A stretch of 64,000 bases of DNA from Candidatus Accumulibacter similis (GTDB taxonomy: Bacteria; Pseudomonadota; Gammaproteobacteria; Burkholderiales; Rhodocyclaceae): positions 1,916,415 to 1,980,414 of the forward strand of contig CP054595.1 in the NCBI GenBank assembly GCA_013347225.1, written 5' to 3'. The position numbers and the translations under genes are program-made. Position 1 is the first letter of the stretch. Each line of letters begins with the position of its first letter. Under the pieces are notes generated by a model. That model did not search any database. It was not told the DNA's origin and saw only the letters and a program-made list of their open reading frames with translations. Below are positions 30,044 through 39,590 of this stretch, in pieces.

Positions 30044-31528
30044 TCACGGCACGTGTTGCACGATGAAGCGCTGCACCTGATCAACACTGACGTCCATGAT
30101 CTCAACGCGCTGCGGCAGCTTCTCCAGGCCTTCCATTGTGGCGGGTCGGTCGGGTGTGCGCCCCAGCGCTTCGACGATCGTTTCCTCGAACTTGGCCGGC
30201 AGCGCGGTCTCCAGTACCACCATCGGCATCTCCGCCGTGCGCCGCTCGCTGCCGACCTTGAGCCCGTCAGCGGTGTGCGGATCGATGATCAGACCGTAGC
30301 GATCATGGGTTCGGCGGATGGTCTCGAGGCGGTCGGCGTGCGTGCTGCGACCGGAAACGAAGCCGAAGTCGGGCAGACGGGCGAAGCAGCGTTCTGCCGA
30401 CAGGTCGAAACTGTCGCCGCGATCGACCGCCGACCATAACCGGCGGATGACCTCCGGATCACGGCCAACCAGGTCGAAGGCGAAGCGCTCGAAGTTCGAA
30501 GCCTTCGAAATGTCCATCGAAGGGCTCGAGGTGGCTGCGGTCTCGCTGGTGGCGCGCGGGCGGTAGACGCCGCTGCGGAAGAACTCGTCGAGGACGTCGT
30601 TCTCGTTCGTTGCCAGGATCAGCCTGCCGATGGGCAGCCCCATCATGCGCGCGATGTGGCCAGCGCAGATGTTGCCGAAGTTGCCCGACGGGACGGCGAA
30701 GGCAACCTGTTGCCCTTCATTGCCGCCGGCCCCGCCGGTGGCCGCGAAGTACCCCTTGAAATAGTACACTACCTGCGCGGCGACGCGTGCCCAGTTGATC
30801 GAATTGACTGCACCGATGCGGTAGCGGGTCTTGAACGCGTGGTCGTTCGACACCGCCTTGACGATGTCCTGGGCGTCGTCGAAGGTGCCGCGGACGGCGA
30901 TGTTGTAGATGTTGGGATCCTGCAGCGAGTACATCTGGGCGCGCTGGAAGGCACTCATTCGCTGGTGCGGCGAGAGCATGAACACCCGCACGCCGCGCTT
31001 GCCGCGCATCGCGTACTCGGCAGACGAACCGGTATCGCCCGAGGTGGCGCCGAGAATGTTGATCTCCTCGCCGTTGCGCGTCAGAACGTACTCGAAAAGA
31101 TGGCCGAGCAACTGCATGGCCATGTCCTTGAAGGCCAGTGTCGGCCCATTGGACAGTTCGAGAATCGCCAGCCCGCCCTCACCACGTTCCGGCGCCGGTG
31201 GGTCAAGCCAGCGCAGCGGCGTGATCTCACTGGCGACCGAATCGTTGCGCCCGTTGCTGTAGATGGCAGCCGTGTAGGTCCTGTGGGTCAGGGTGCGCAG
31301 ATCGTCTGGCGGAATGTCATCGATGAAGCGGGCCAGCACGGCGCAGGCGAGATCGGCATAGGACAGGCGACGCCAACGCGCAAGCTCGGACTGGTCGATC
31401 CGGGGATAGGTTTCCGGGAGATAGAGACCTCCGTCGGGAGCGAGGCCGCCAAGGAGGATTTCCGAGAACGTCGGCTTCGATGAACCCACGGTGCCGGTGG
31501 GCCGGGCACGAGTCGAGATGTAGCGCAT
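30044..31528 (-). CDS. thrC: threonine synthase (long form)
   Basis: MRYISTR, LAPDGGLYLP and the PLP-Lys motif LAFKDMAMQ are present. Confidence 0.93.
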   Translation of the reverse strand: MRYISTRARPTGTVGSSKPTFSEILLGGLAPDGGLYLPETYPRIDQSELARWRRLSYADLACAVLARFIDDIPPDDLRTLTHRTYTAAIYSNGRNDSVASEITPLRWLDPPAPERGEGGLAILELSNGPTLAFKDMAMQLLGHLFEYVLTRNGEEINILGATSGDTGSSAEYAMRGKRGVRVFMLSPHQRMSAFQRAQMYSLQDPNIYNIAVRGTFDDAQDIVKAVSNDHAFKTRYRIGAVNSINWARVAAQVVYYFKGYFAATGGAGGNEGQQVAFAVPSGNFGNICAGHIARMMGLPIGRLILATNENDVLDEFFRSGVYRPRATSETAATSSPSMDISKASNFERFAFDLVGRDPEVIRRLWSAVDRGDSFDLSAERCFARLPDFGFVSGRSTHADRLETIRRTHDRYGLIIDPHTADGLKVGSERRTAEMPMVVLETALPAKFEETIVEALGRTPDRPATMEGLEKLPQRVEIMDVSVDQVQRFIVQHVP

Positions 31529-31627
31529 GGTGATGAGAGTCGGCGGGATGCGGGCAGCTAAGAGAGTGCGCAGTCTAACATGCCGACCATCGCCCTGGCT
31601 CCGTGGGCGCTCGGTGTTGCCGCGGCG

Positions 31628-32365
31628 TCAGCCGCTGAAGACGCGGTTCTTGCCTGCCCGTTTGGCGGCATAGGTCGCCGCATCGGCACGCTCGATCGCC
31701 TCCCGGAACGACTCGCCGGACGCCTGCACGACGACGCCGGCACTGAAACTCAGGGTGACGCCACTGCCGCTGACGCGGGCGTCTGCGAGCTGGCGCTGAA
31801 AGCGGGTGAGGGCGGTCACCGCTTCTTCGAGTCCGGTGTCAGGCAGCATCAGGACGAACTCCTCGCCACCGAAACGGCCAAGGATGTCGGACGGTCGCAG
31901 CGCGGAGCGCAGGGTACGGACGAGATGAATCAGTGCCTCGTCACCCGCCTGATGACCCAGCGTGTCGTTCAGATGCTTGAAATCGTCGAGGTCGATCAGG
32001 GCCAGCGCGAGCGGGCTACCGCTGCGGCGGCTGCGGGCAGCCTCGCGGTCGTGCGCCTGGTCAAAGCCGCGGCGATTCAGGGCGCCGGTCAGCGTATCGG
32101 TAACCGCTGCTGCCTGTGCCGTGCGCAACGCGTGTTCGAGGTCCGCGATGCGCGCTTCGGCCGCCAGCAACTCGAGCATCGTCGCCTGCGGTGCAGCCAT
32201 TCTGTTGCGACGCATCCGCCTGTGTTGCGCCCCGCCGTCTCCGACGGTGCTGAAGGCATGCACGTGGGCCGTCTGATGATCGGCGGGCAAGGCCGGGCGG
32301 CGGTGCAGTCGCCGTGATGCCTGGCGGGATGGATACAGTCGAGAAAGGTGGTCGTGCTTGAACAT
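31628..32365 (-). CDS. diguanylate cyclase (GGDEF) with short coiled-coil N-terminus and no sensor domain
   Basis: The active site GGEEF and the I-site RPSD five residues upstream are present. The start is taken at MFKHD (32365). A later Met is possible. Confidence 0.8.
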   Translation of the reverse strand: MFKHDHLSRLYPSRQASRRLHRRPALPADHQTAHVHAFSTVGDGGAQHRRMRRNRMAAPQATMLELLAAEARIADLEHALRTAQAAAVTDTLTGALNRRGFDQAHDREAARSRRSGSPLALALIDLDDFKHLNDTLGHQAGDEALIHLVRTLRSALRPSDILGRFGGEEFVLMLPDTGLEEAVTALTRFQRQLADARVSGSGVTLSFSAGVVVQASGESFREAIERADAATYAAKRAGKNRVFSG

Positions 32366-32501
32366 CGCTCGCTCCGTCACAGATTCTTCACCGTGTGGAT
32401 CATATCCCTGCCAACGGACGCATTTCGCAGATCTTGAGACTTTTTTCACAAATACATTCGAGAACGTTGTTTTAATGCAGTAAACATGCCATTTCGGGTG
32501 G

Positions 32502-33620
32502 TCACTCGCGGTGTACCCAGAGGGCCTGCAGCAAAGTGCCGAGGAAATGCAGCAGTCCCAGCAACGCGGGCCACACGCCGGCGCCGACGCCGTTGCCGAG
32601 CAACGCCCCGGCGGCAAGAAAAAGCAGCGCCCGCTGCACGCCGCCGCGGCGTAACGCGACGTGCAGCCGGTCTCGTCGCGGCGTCCGCTTGCCGCGCAGC
32701 AGCCAGACCGGGAGCAGATGTGTCAGGGCACCGGTGACCAGGGGCAGGAGAAAGCCGGCGATGAAGGCGACGAGGCTGTCGCGGCCGTCGAGCGCTCCCA
32801 CAGCGTGTCCGGCTCCCAAGCCAAGGAGCAGCAGAAACCCGGCCACGGCGCCGGACAGGGCGCTCGCCGCACCATCGCCGAACAGCCGGCGCCAGCCATG
32901 ACGAGCGAGGCTGGCGTGCGCCAGGCTGAGGACGACGGCTGCCAGCAGAAGGGCGCCAGCCAGAGCCAGAGGCACCCAGACGGCAGCGCCGACAGCGATC
33001 ATCAGGACGCCGCCAACGGCGGGCGGCAGGTTTCTCCGCAAGCGTGACGCGGCGGTGGCGTCGGCGCTGTTCATCACCGTCGGCAGCAGGACCGGCAGCG
33101 TGCCGAGCGCGGTCAGGCCAACGAAGCCGAGCACATTGAGGTGCAGATGGAGCAGGCGCAGTGCGTTGCGCGCCTGCGGCCAGCAGGCCATCGCCGGCAC
33201 CAGCAGCAAAGCGATGCAGAGCAGGCTGATCGCTGTCAGGTACCAGCGCCAGCACGGGTGCGGCGTGCCGAGTGCGCGCCGCGCGCGCAGGATCATCCAG
33301 CCGGCGAGAGCCGCTGCTAGCACCAGCGTGCCGCTGGCAGCGGCCGACAAGGCGGCCGCCGGCGCTTCGCCAATGAAGCCGAGAAAGGCGAGGCCGCCGG
33401 CAAGCTGCAACAGGATCGGCGCCAGCAGCAGGTTTCGTGGTGCCCCACCGCTACGCGTCAGGACGGCTACGAAATGGGTGATGACGCCGAAGATCAGCGG
33501 CATGAGGCCGACCGTCAGCAGCAAGTGCGCGACTGCCGGCAGCGATGGCAGGCCGAGAGGCAGCCACACCAGCGCGGTGACGAAGGTCGCCAGGGCCGAG
33601 AGGCCGAGGTAGATCAGCAA
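32502..33620 (-). CDS. polytopic membrane protein (10 or more TM; NnrS-like is only a guess)
   Basis: It is 372 aa and almost entirely hydrophobic helices. Its position downstream of a DUF2249-like gene suggests an NO/denitrification-associated family. I verified no diagnostic motif. Confidence 0.6.
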   Translation of the reverse strand: MLIYLGLSALATFVTALVWLPLGLPSLPAVAHLLLTVGLMPLIFGVITHFVAVLTRSGGAPRNLLLAPILLQLAGGLAFLGFIGEAPAAALSAAASGTLVLAAALAGWMILRARRALGTPHPCWRWYLTAISLLCIALLLVPAMACWPQARNALRLLHLHLNVLGFVGLTALGTLPVLLPTVMNSADATAASRLRRNLPPAVGGVLMIAVGAAVWVPLALAGALLLAAVVLSLAHASLARHGWRRLFGDGAASALSGAVAGFLLLLGLGAGHAVGALDGRDSLVAFIAGFLLPLVTGALTHLLPVWLLRGKRTPRRDRLHVALRRGGVQRALLFLAAGALLGNGVGAGVWPALLGLLHFLGTLLQALWVHRE

Positions 33621-33686
33621 GCGCCTATCCTGCGTAGCCGGGCGGCAGAGCGGTGGCCGGGCACGCTGTCCCCTTCGCCTGCAAGT

Positions 33687-33989
33687 TCAGCGCCCGGCAG
33701 CCAGGCGCCCGTTGGCAGATGACGGGCGTCCTCGGGCTGTGCGGCGGAAGTCGACGACGACAGCTCCGGGTTCCCGCTGCACGTAGCTGATCTGCAACGC
33801 ATCACCATAGCGGATCTGGAGTTGCGCGAGCAGCGGCAGGGGGTCATGGTCGTTGCAGAAGCGCATGCTTTCTCCCGGCGTCAGGACGTCGAGAGCGCCG
33901 AAGATCGCGGCGTGGCGAAAACGTTTCGCGACGCCGCGAGCGTCGAAGGCGTGGATGGCATCGATACGGGGTTGCTCGCAGGCGTGCAT
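33687..33989 (-). CDS. DUF2249-like small protein
   Basis: After MHACEQPRIDAIHAF comes DARGVAKRFRHAAIFGALDVLTPGESMRFCNDHDPLPLLAQL..., which matches the DUF2249 pattern (R..H..I...L..G....v.nDHdP.PL). Confidence 0.6.
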   Translation of the reverse strand: MHACEQPRIDAIHAFDARGVAKRFRHAAIFGALDVLTPGESMRFCNDHDPLPLLAQLQIRYGDALQISYVQREPGAVVVDFRRTARGRPSSANGRLAAGR

Positions 33990-34155
33990 GGTGCTTTCCG
34001 TCGGTGATGGGGGAATGGCCTGCGATTCTCCGCCCGCAGTCCGCCCCAGTCTTTGATCTGGGCCGGCAAACGAGTCCGCCCGGTCTGTCGCGGGCAGTCG
34101 CCGCTGGCCGCCCCGCATCCGCGCGGCGTGCCATCGCCGGGTACAGCCTGCGATA

Positions 34156-34695
34156 ATGCCGGGTATGCGTCGCTTGCTGAAAAAGTACCTTCCTGACCAC
34201 GAATCGATCCGCAACAATCGCTGGTTGCGTCCGTTCGAGTCGTGGCTGCTGCATCCGCGGCTGTGGCACCTCAACCGTCACTCGGCTGCCGGTGCGGTTG
34301 CCGTCGGCATGTTCTGCGGCCTGATTCCCGGTCCGTTGCAGATGATCGGGGCGGCGGCCAGCGCCTTGGTCCTGCGCGTCAACCTGCCGCTCGCACTGGT
34401 GGTGACGCTCTACACCAACCCGTTCACCATCGTGCCCCTGTACCTGGCGGCTTACCAGCTCGGTCGTCTGCTGATCGGCGACAGCGGCGGTTTCGTCGCC
34501 CCCCCAGCGTTCAGTGTTGGCGCCTTCACTGGCTGGGCGGAGGCGATGCAGGTGTGGATGCTGGCCGTTGCCAAGCCGCTGGCGGTCGGTCTGATTGCGC
34601 TCGCCAGCAGCCTCTCGGCGCTGGGCTTCGTGGTTACCAGCGCCGCCTGGCGTCTGTATCTGATCCGTGCATGGCGGCGGCGGCGTCCTTCCTGA
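34156..34695 (+). CDS. DUF2062 family membrane protein
   Basis: LHPRLWHLNRHSAAGAVAVGMFCGLIPGPLQM...YTNPFTIVPLY is present. Confidence 0.75.
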   Translation: MPGMRRLLKKYLPDHESIRNNRWLRPFESWLLHPRLWHLNRHSAAGAVAVGMFCGLIPGPLQMIGAAASALVLRVNLPLALVVTLYTNPFTIVPLYLAAYQLGRLLIGDSGGFVAPPAFSVGAFTGWAEAMQVWMLAVAKPLAVGLIALASSLSALGFVVTSAAWRLYLIRAWRRRRPS

Positions 34696-34786
34696 AGCTG
34701 GCGCGCGTGTATCGTCGCCATGCCGGATGCTCTGTGCCGGGCCATTGCTGCGCCCGACCCGCGACGCCGGCGTAAGCGGCAGTGCA

Positions 34787-35395
34787 TCACGGGTGAGCCT
34801 GCGAGATCTGCAGGGCAAAGGTCTTGACGCCGCGCAGGATCATCTCGATTGCCATCGCCACGAGTACCAGACCCATGAGCCGTTCCAGCGCGATCACGAT
34901 GCGGTCGCCGGCGACGCGCTGAATGCGCTCGGCGAGTACGAGGATGATCGCGCTGACCGCCATCGTGATGCACAGGGCGCCGATCCATTCCAGCCGGCGA
35001 TCGGGTGCCTGCGACACCAGCAGCAGAACGGTCGCGAGCGCCGACGGGCCGGCGATCGCCGGAACGGCGAGCGGCACGATCAGGGGTTCCCCTGCCGGGT
35101 CGACGGCATCGGACCCCGGCGGTGGAAAGATCATGCGCAGCGCGATCAGGAAGAGGATCACGCCGCCGCCGATCTGCAGCGAGATCTCGCTGAGATTCAT
35201 CAGGCGCAGGAAAGCCTCGCCGACGAACATGAAGGTCAACAGGAGGACGAAAGCGATGAGAACCTCGCGCAGGATGACCAATGGCCGCCGGGCCGGCGCC
35301 ACGTGCCGCAGCGCGTTGGCGAAGATGGGAATGTTGCCGATCGGGTCGGTGATGAGGATCAGCAGGATGGTGGCGGAGGCAAAGGTATAACTCAT
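34787..35395 (-). CDS. MarC/UPF0056 family inner-membrane protein
   Basis: It is 202 aa. The start is MSYTFASATILLILITDPIGNIPIF, and VPLAVPAIAGPSA is present. The upstream part of the track ORF is non-coding-like. Confidence 0.85.
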   Translation of the reverse strand: MSYTFASATILLILITDPIGNIPIFANALRHVAPARRPLVILREVLIAFVLLLTFMFVGEAFLRLMNLSEISLQIGGGVILFLIALRMIFPPPGSDAVDPAGEPLIVPLAVPAIAGPSALATVLLLVSQAPDRRLEWIGALCITMAVSAIILVLAERIQRVAGDRIVIALERLMGLVLVAMAIEMILRGVKTFALQISQAHP

Positions 35396-36215
35396 TCGTT
35401 CTCGCTTCGACTGGTGGCGGGCGCCGCGTGCTGGCGGCATTCGGCTGTCGCGGCCGGTCGTGTCGGGTGGCAGGCCCCGTGTTGCGGCCGGCCATTGGCA
35501 ACGCCGGCAACTGCTGGTGGTCAAGCCGGGTCGCTGCGGTCGAACGGGGTTGGCTCGCGGGCCGGCAAGAATACCGCAAGGGCGCAGGATAGCAGGCATC
35601 CGACGGTTTACCCATTGCTGACCAGACGCCCGCAACGCCAGCAGGTGCGCCGCAGCCGTAGGCGGCGTGTGGTGGTGCGGCTGCCTGCCGCCGGGGTCAT
35701 TGCCGACCGCCGGAAGCAAAGCCGCAAACCCCTGGGAATTCCAGCATGCGGGCATGATGGCAGGCGGGTGTTCGCGCCGTGGCGGACGCCGTGCCGGGGC
35801 CACCAGTCTTCGGTGACAGCCGCGGCCATCGTTGCCGCGGTGACCGCTGCCGGCAGTTCGCAACCGTGCACAGGGGCATGCGCGATGGCTCGATGATCGA
35901 TGTCCCCCGCGGCAGGGAGGTGAGTCGGGTGTCTCCCCGCTGGCGTCGTCGCGGCGGGTGAGGCAGCGGGATTTGCTGGACAGCGGGCAGCGGCATGCCG
36001 TACGCTCGCGCCTTTTCGTCCCTTGGGGCTGGCCCCGTCGCGAGGTCGTGAGCGTCGCCGAAGGCGAACCTGGTCAGGGCGTGCCGAGCGCCGTCGCGCT
36101 TCGCCCGGATGCGGTCAGGGCTGCTTTTGCCTGTTGCGCCAGCGTTTGGCGGCAGGCCGATGCGAGTGGTCGGTCGCGGCGAAGGCAACGGGGTGTCTGT
36201 GGAGAGAGCGAACTG

Positions 36216-37097
36216 ATGCGCATGCGCGACCTGTGCGACCTTGTCCTGCTGGCCGCTCTCTGGGGCGGCTCCTTCCTGTTCATGCGCTACGCGGCGCCGG
36301 CCTTTGGCCCGCTGCCGCTGATCTGGCTGCGTGTGGCGGTGGCAGCGGCCTGCCTGACGCCCTTGCTGATGTTGCGGCGGCAGGTCGGGGTGCTGCGCGA
36401 GCACGCGTTTGGCATCGTGGTCGTCGGGGTCTTCAGTTCGGCGCTACCCTTTGCGCTGATTGCCTGGGCGATGCTGTCGATCACCGCCGGCCTGGCGTCG
36501 ATTCTCAATGCGACGGTACCGATCTTCACCGCGCTGATCGGCGCCGTGTGGTTGCGCGAGCGCCTCGGCACGACGCGCGCTGCCGGTCTGGTCGTCGGTT
36601 TCGTCGGCGTTCTCATGCTCGCTGCCGGCCAAGCCGACTTCAAGCCTGGCGGCAGCGGCTGGGCGATCCTGGCCATGCTGCTGGCGACATTGTCGTACGG
36701 CCTTGCCGCCCATCTGACGCGACGCCTTCTTGGCGAGGTGCCGGCGCTGGTCAGTGCCGCCGGCTCGCAGATCGCCGCCGCGATCGTCATGACCCCCCTC
36801 GCGCTCTGGTCCTGGCCGGCGGAATCGCCCGGTCACCTGGCGTGGTCGGCGGCCATCACGCTCGGTGTTGGCTGTACGGCTCTCGCCTTTCTCATCTTCT
36901 TCCGCCTGATCGCCAATGTCGGCGCCGCGCGTGCGGTGACCGTCACCTTCCTCATCCCGCTCTTTGGCGTCCTCTGGGGCAACATCATTCTCGGCGAACG
37001 CCTCGACGCCGGGATGCTGGTCGGTGGCGCCATCGTCGTGCTGGGGACGGCGCTGGCAACGGGGGTGCTGCGCTGGCCGTCCCGTCGCCGGGCGTGA
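36216..37097 (+). CDS. EamA/DMT family transporter
   Basis: It is 293 aa with 10 TM segments and two EamA repeats. The ATG at 36216 follows GGAGAGAG. Confidence 0.85.
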   Translation: MRMRDLCDLVLLAALWGGSFLFMRYAAPAFGPLPLIWLRVAVAAACLTPLLMLRRQVGVLREHAFGIVVVGVFSSALPFALIAWAMLSITAGLASILNATVPIFTALIGAVWLRERLGTTRAAGLVVGFVGVLMLAAGQADFKPGGSGWAILAMLLATLSYGLAAHLTRRLLGEVPALVSAAGSQIAAAIVMTPLALWSWPAESPGHLAWSAAITLGVGCTALAFLIFFRLIANVGAARAVTVTFLIPLFGVLWGNIILGERLDAGMLVGGAIVVLGTALATGVLRWPSRRRA

Positions 37098-37239
37098 CCG
37101 GACATGCGATGTCGGCGCCCGGACTTGCCGGCAGCTGTCGGTCTTGCACCACCGCTGGCATCACGGCCGCGACCGGCAGTGGTTGCGCGTACTCCTCGGC
37201 GCCGTTGCGCGACGCCCCGGGGCGCACCCGCGAGCAGTC

Positions 37240-38712
37240 CTACTTCGCGCTCGTTGCCGCCGATGCCTGCGGCCGCTGCGGGTCCGCTACGATTCGCGCG
37301 CCGACGTCGCGCAGCAGGCGCTGGAATTCCGGCGAGTCCATGATGATCCGCCCCGCCGCTGCGCGCAGACGGTCGACGGCCTCGTCGGGCAGAACGAACG
37401 AAGTCGGCTGGGCGTTGAGATAAGCCAGTTCCTCCTTGTCCCGCAGTTCGGGAAAGGACACGTCGATGGCATAGATCTCGGCATCCGGAACGCGCAGCGC
37501 GGCGGCCACCGCGGGATCCTTGTTGGCCGCCATGGCCGACGACTTGCCGATCAGGCGCAAGGTATTCCAGCGCGCCGCCATGTCCCGCAACAGCTCGACG
37601 GCTTCATAGGAGTAGCGGTCTATCGGTACTCCGGCCGACTTGAGCAGGATGCTCACGGTGCCGGGCGGGCTTTCGGATTCGTCCCAGTGCGTCGGCGGCG
37701 AGGAGAGCGAGTTCACGATGAAGACGATGACCCGGCGGATGCCATCGAGCGGCGTTGGCGCGCCCGCCTCATGCAGCGCCTGCGAGATCTCGAGCGTGTC
37801 GAGGACGGCGCGCATGCCGACGTTGTCGGAGACGCCGCCGTCGACGAGATGCAGGTAGGGCCGATGGACGCCGTCGCCGAAGGCCTGCAGGTCACGCAGC
37901 GAGCGGATCGCCCGCGCCGCCGGTCGCGGCGGGTCGGCGGCGTCGGTGAACAGTTTCACCCAGGGCGGCAGGCGCGTATGACAGCTGCCGCCGTAGTTGT
38001 TGATCGTCACCGGCGAGAGGACCACCGGTACGGCCGATGATGCGGCGGCGGCGCGCGACAAGGGCACGGCATTGAGTTCCGAGCAGATGACGTCAAAGGT
38101 GTTCTGGTTGAAGACGAAACGGGCACCGGTCGAGATGTCGGTCGCTGAAGCCAGGATCAACGGCCCGCGGCCGCGGTCCAGATCGCCGAAGGTGGCTCCA
38201 TGGAACAGGATCTCGTCGTACAGTTCGGCCGCCAACTCGGAACGACCCCAGCCCAGTGACCAGAGGTTGCCCCAATTCTTCGGGCTGAAGGTCCGGGCGA
38301 CGATCTCGCCCTGCACGTCGCGCTTCAGAAAGCTCTGTTCGTACTCGGCGAACAGCCTGTCGCCGTAGAGGCCGTAGGCGAGCGCCGTGAAGCTGCCGCC
38401 CGAGACGCCGGTGATGACGTCCACGGTATCGAGCAGGCGCACAGTCCGGCCCCCCGGTCCCGCCACTTCGGTACGGCGAAGGAACTCGAGGACGCCGTAG
38501 GAAAACGCCGCGGCACGGGTGCCGCCACCCGAGAAGGCGAGAATGACCAGGTTCTCCTTTCCCTTTGTCTGCTGCGCGTGCCGCACCTGGAAACGGTATC
38601 CCGTATCCGGGTCCGCCTCGGCAAGCGGCGGATTCACCGGGCGGCTGGCACAACCGCCGAGCGCCAGAAGCATGAAGAGCAGGACAAGGGATCGCATGGG
38701 TGACGGAGTCAT
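37240..38712 (-). CDS. patatin-like phospholipase, lipoprotein
   Basis: It has the lipobox LLALGGC, FSGGGTRAAAFSYGVL, the nucleophile GVSGG and HLVDGGVSDNVG. Confidence 0.8.
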   Translation of the reverse strand: MTPSPMRSLVLLFMLLALGGCASRPVNPPLAEADPDTGYRFQVRHAQQTKGKENLVILAFSGGGTRAAAFSYGVLEFLRRTEVAGPGGRTVRLLDTVDVITGVSGGSFTALAYGLYGDRLFAEYEQSFLKRDVQGEIVARTFSPKNWGNLWSLGWGRSELAAELYDEILFHGATFGDLDRGRGPLILASATDISTGARFVFNQNTFDVICSELNAVPLSRAAAASSAVPVVLSPVTINNYGGSCHTRLPPWVKLFTDAADPPRPAARAIRSLRDLQAFGDGVHRPYLHLVDGGVSDNVGMRAVLDTLEISQALHEAGAPTPLDGIRRVIVFIVNSLSSPPTHWDESESPPGTVSILLKSAGVPIDRYSYEAVELLRDMAARWNTLRLIGKSSAMAANKDPAVAAALRVPDAEIYAIDVSFPELRDKEELAYLNAQPTSFVLPDEAVDRLRAAAGRIIMDSPEFQRLLRDVGARIVADPQRPQASAATSAK

Positions 38713-38999
38713 CGGTTCGGCCCGGCTGTTTGCACAAGGACGGCAGTCTAACCTGTTCCGCAGCCGCCGCAAGGCCATTTTCGGGTCGCCGATACGTGCC
38801 GCGGTTGCCGGCCTGGCCGGGCGGCCAAGGCCAGCCAGCGTGTGCCGGGGGCGAGCGGTTGCAGCGAACCGTGCTCGGCCGCCGGGCCTTGGCTGGCCGA
38901 CGCGGCCAGGCGCTGACGCAGTCTTCCTGGCCGTCCTGTGTCACCTGACGGCGGTGGCCTTTGTGTATCATGTGGCGATTCGACCCCCTCACCGTGGAG

Positions 39000-39584
39000 A
39001 TGGCCATGAACTCGTCGATCAGTCGCTTCCCCGTTCCCGCGCTCGATGAAATGCCGGCGGATGTGCGCAGCCGCATCCTGGAGGTACAGGAGAAGGCCGG
39101 TTTCGTTCCGAACGTCTTTCTCACGCTGGCACATCGCCCCGATGAGTTCCGCGCCTTCTTCGCCTACCACGACGCGCTGATGGAAAAGGAGAGCGGGCTC
39201 AGCAAGGCCGAGCGCGAGATGATCGTCGTCGCCACCAGCGGTGCCAACCAGTGCCAGTATTGCGTGGTCGCGCATGGCGCGATCCTGCGGGTGCGTGCGC
39301 GGAATCCGTTGCTGGCCGACCAGGTGGCGGTGAATTACCGCAAGGCAGACATCACGCCGCGGCAACGGGCGATGCTCGAGTTTTCGCTGAAAGTGGCGTT
39401 GCACTCGGCCGAAATCGGCGATGCAGACTTCGCGGCGTTGCGCGAGCACGGTTTTTCAGACCAGGACATCTGGGATGTCGGCGCGGTCGCAGCGTTCTTC
39501 GCGATGTCCAATCGTTTGGCCAACATGAGCTCGATGCGGCCGAACGAGGAGTTCTTCCTCATGGGCCGGTTGCCCAAAGGCTAG
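39000..39584 (+). CDS. peroxidase-related enzyme, carboxymuconolactone decarboxylase/AhpD-like family
   Basis: VPNVFLTLAHRPDEFRAFF and the CxxC motif ANQCQYCVVAHG are present. Confidence 0.85.
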   Translation: MAMNSSISRFPVPALDEMPADVRSRILEVQEKAGFVPNVFLTLAHRPDEFRAFFAYHDALMEKESGLSKAEREMIVVATSGANQCQYCVVAHGAILRVRARNPLLADQVAVNYRKADITPRQRAMLEFSLKVALHSAEIGDADFAALREHGFSDQDIWDVGAVAAFFAMSNRLANMSSMRPNEEFFLMGRLPKG

Positions 39585-39590
39585 CCGGGT

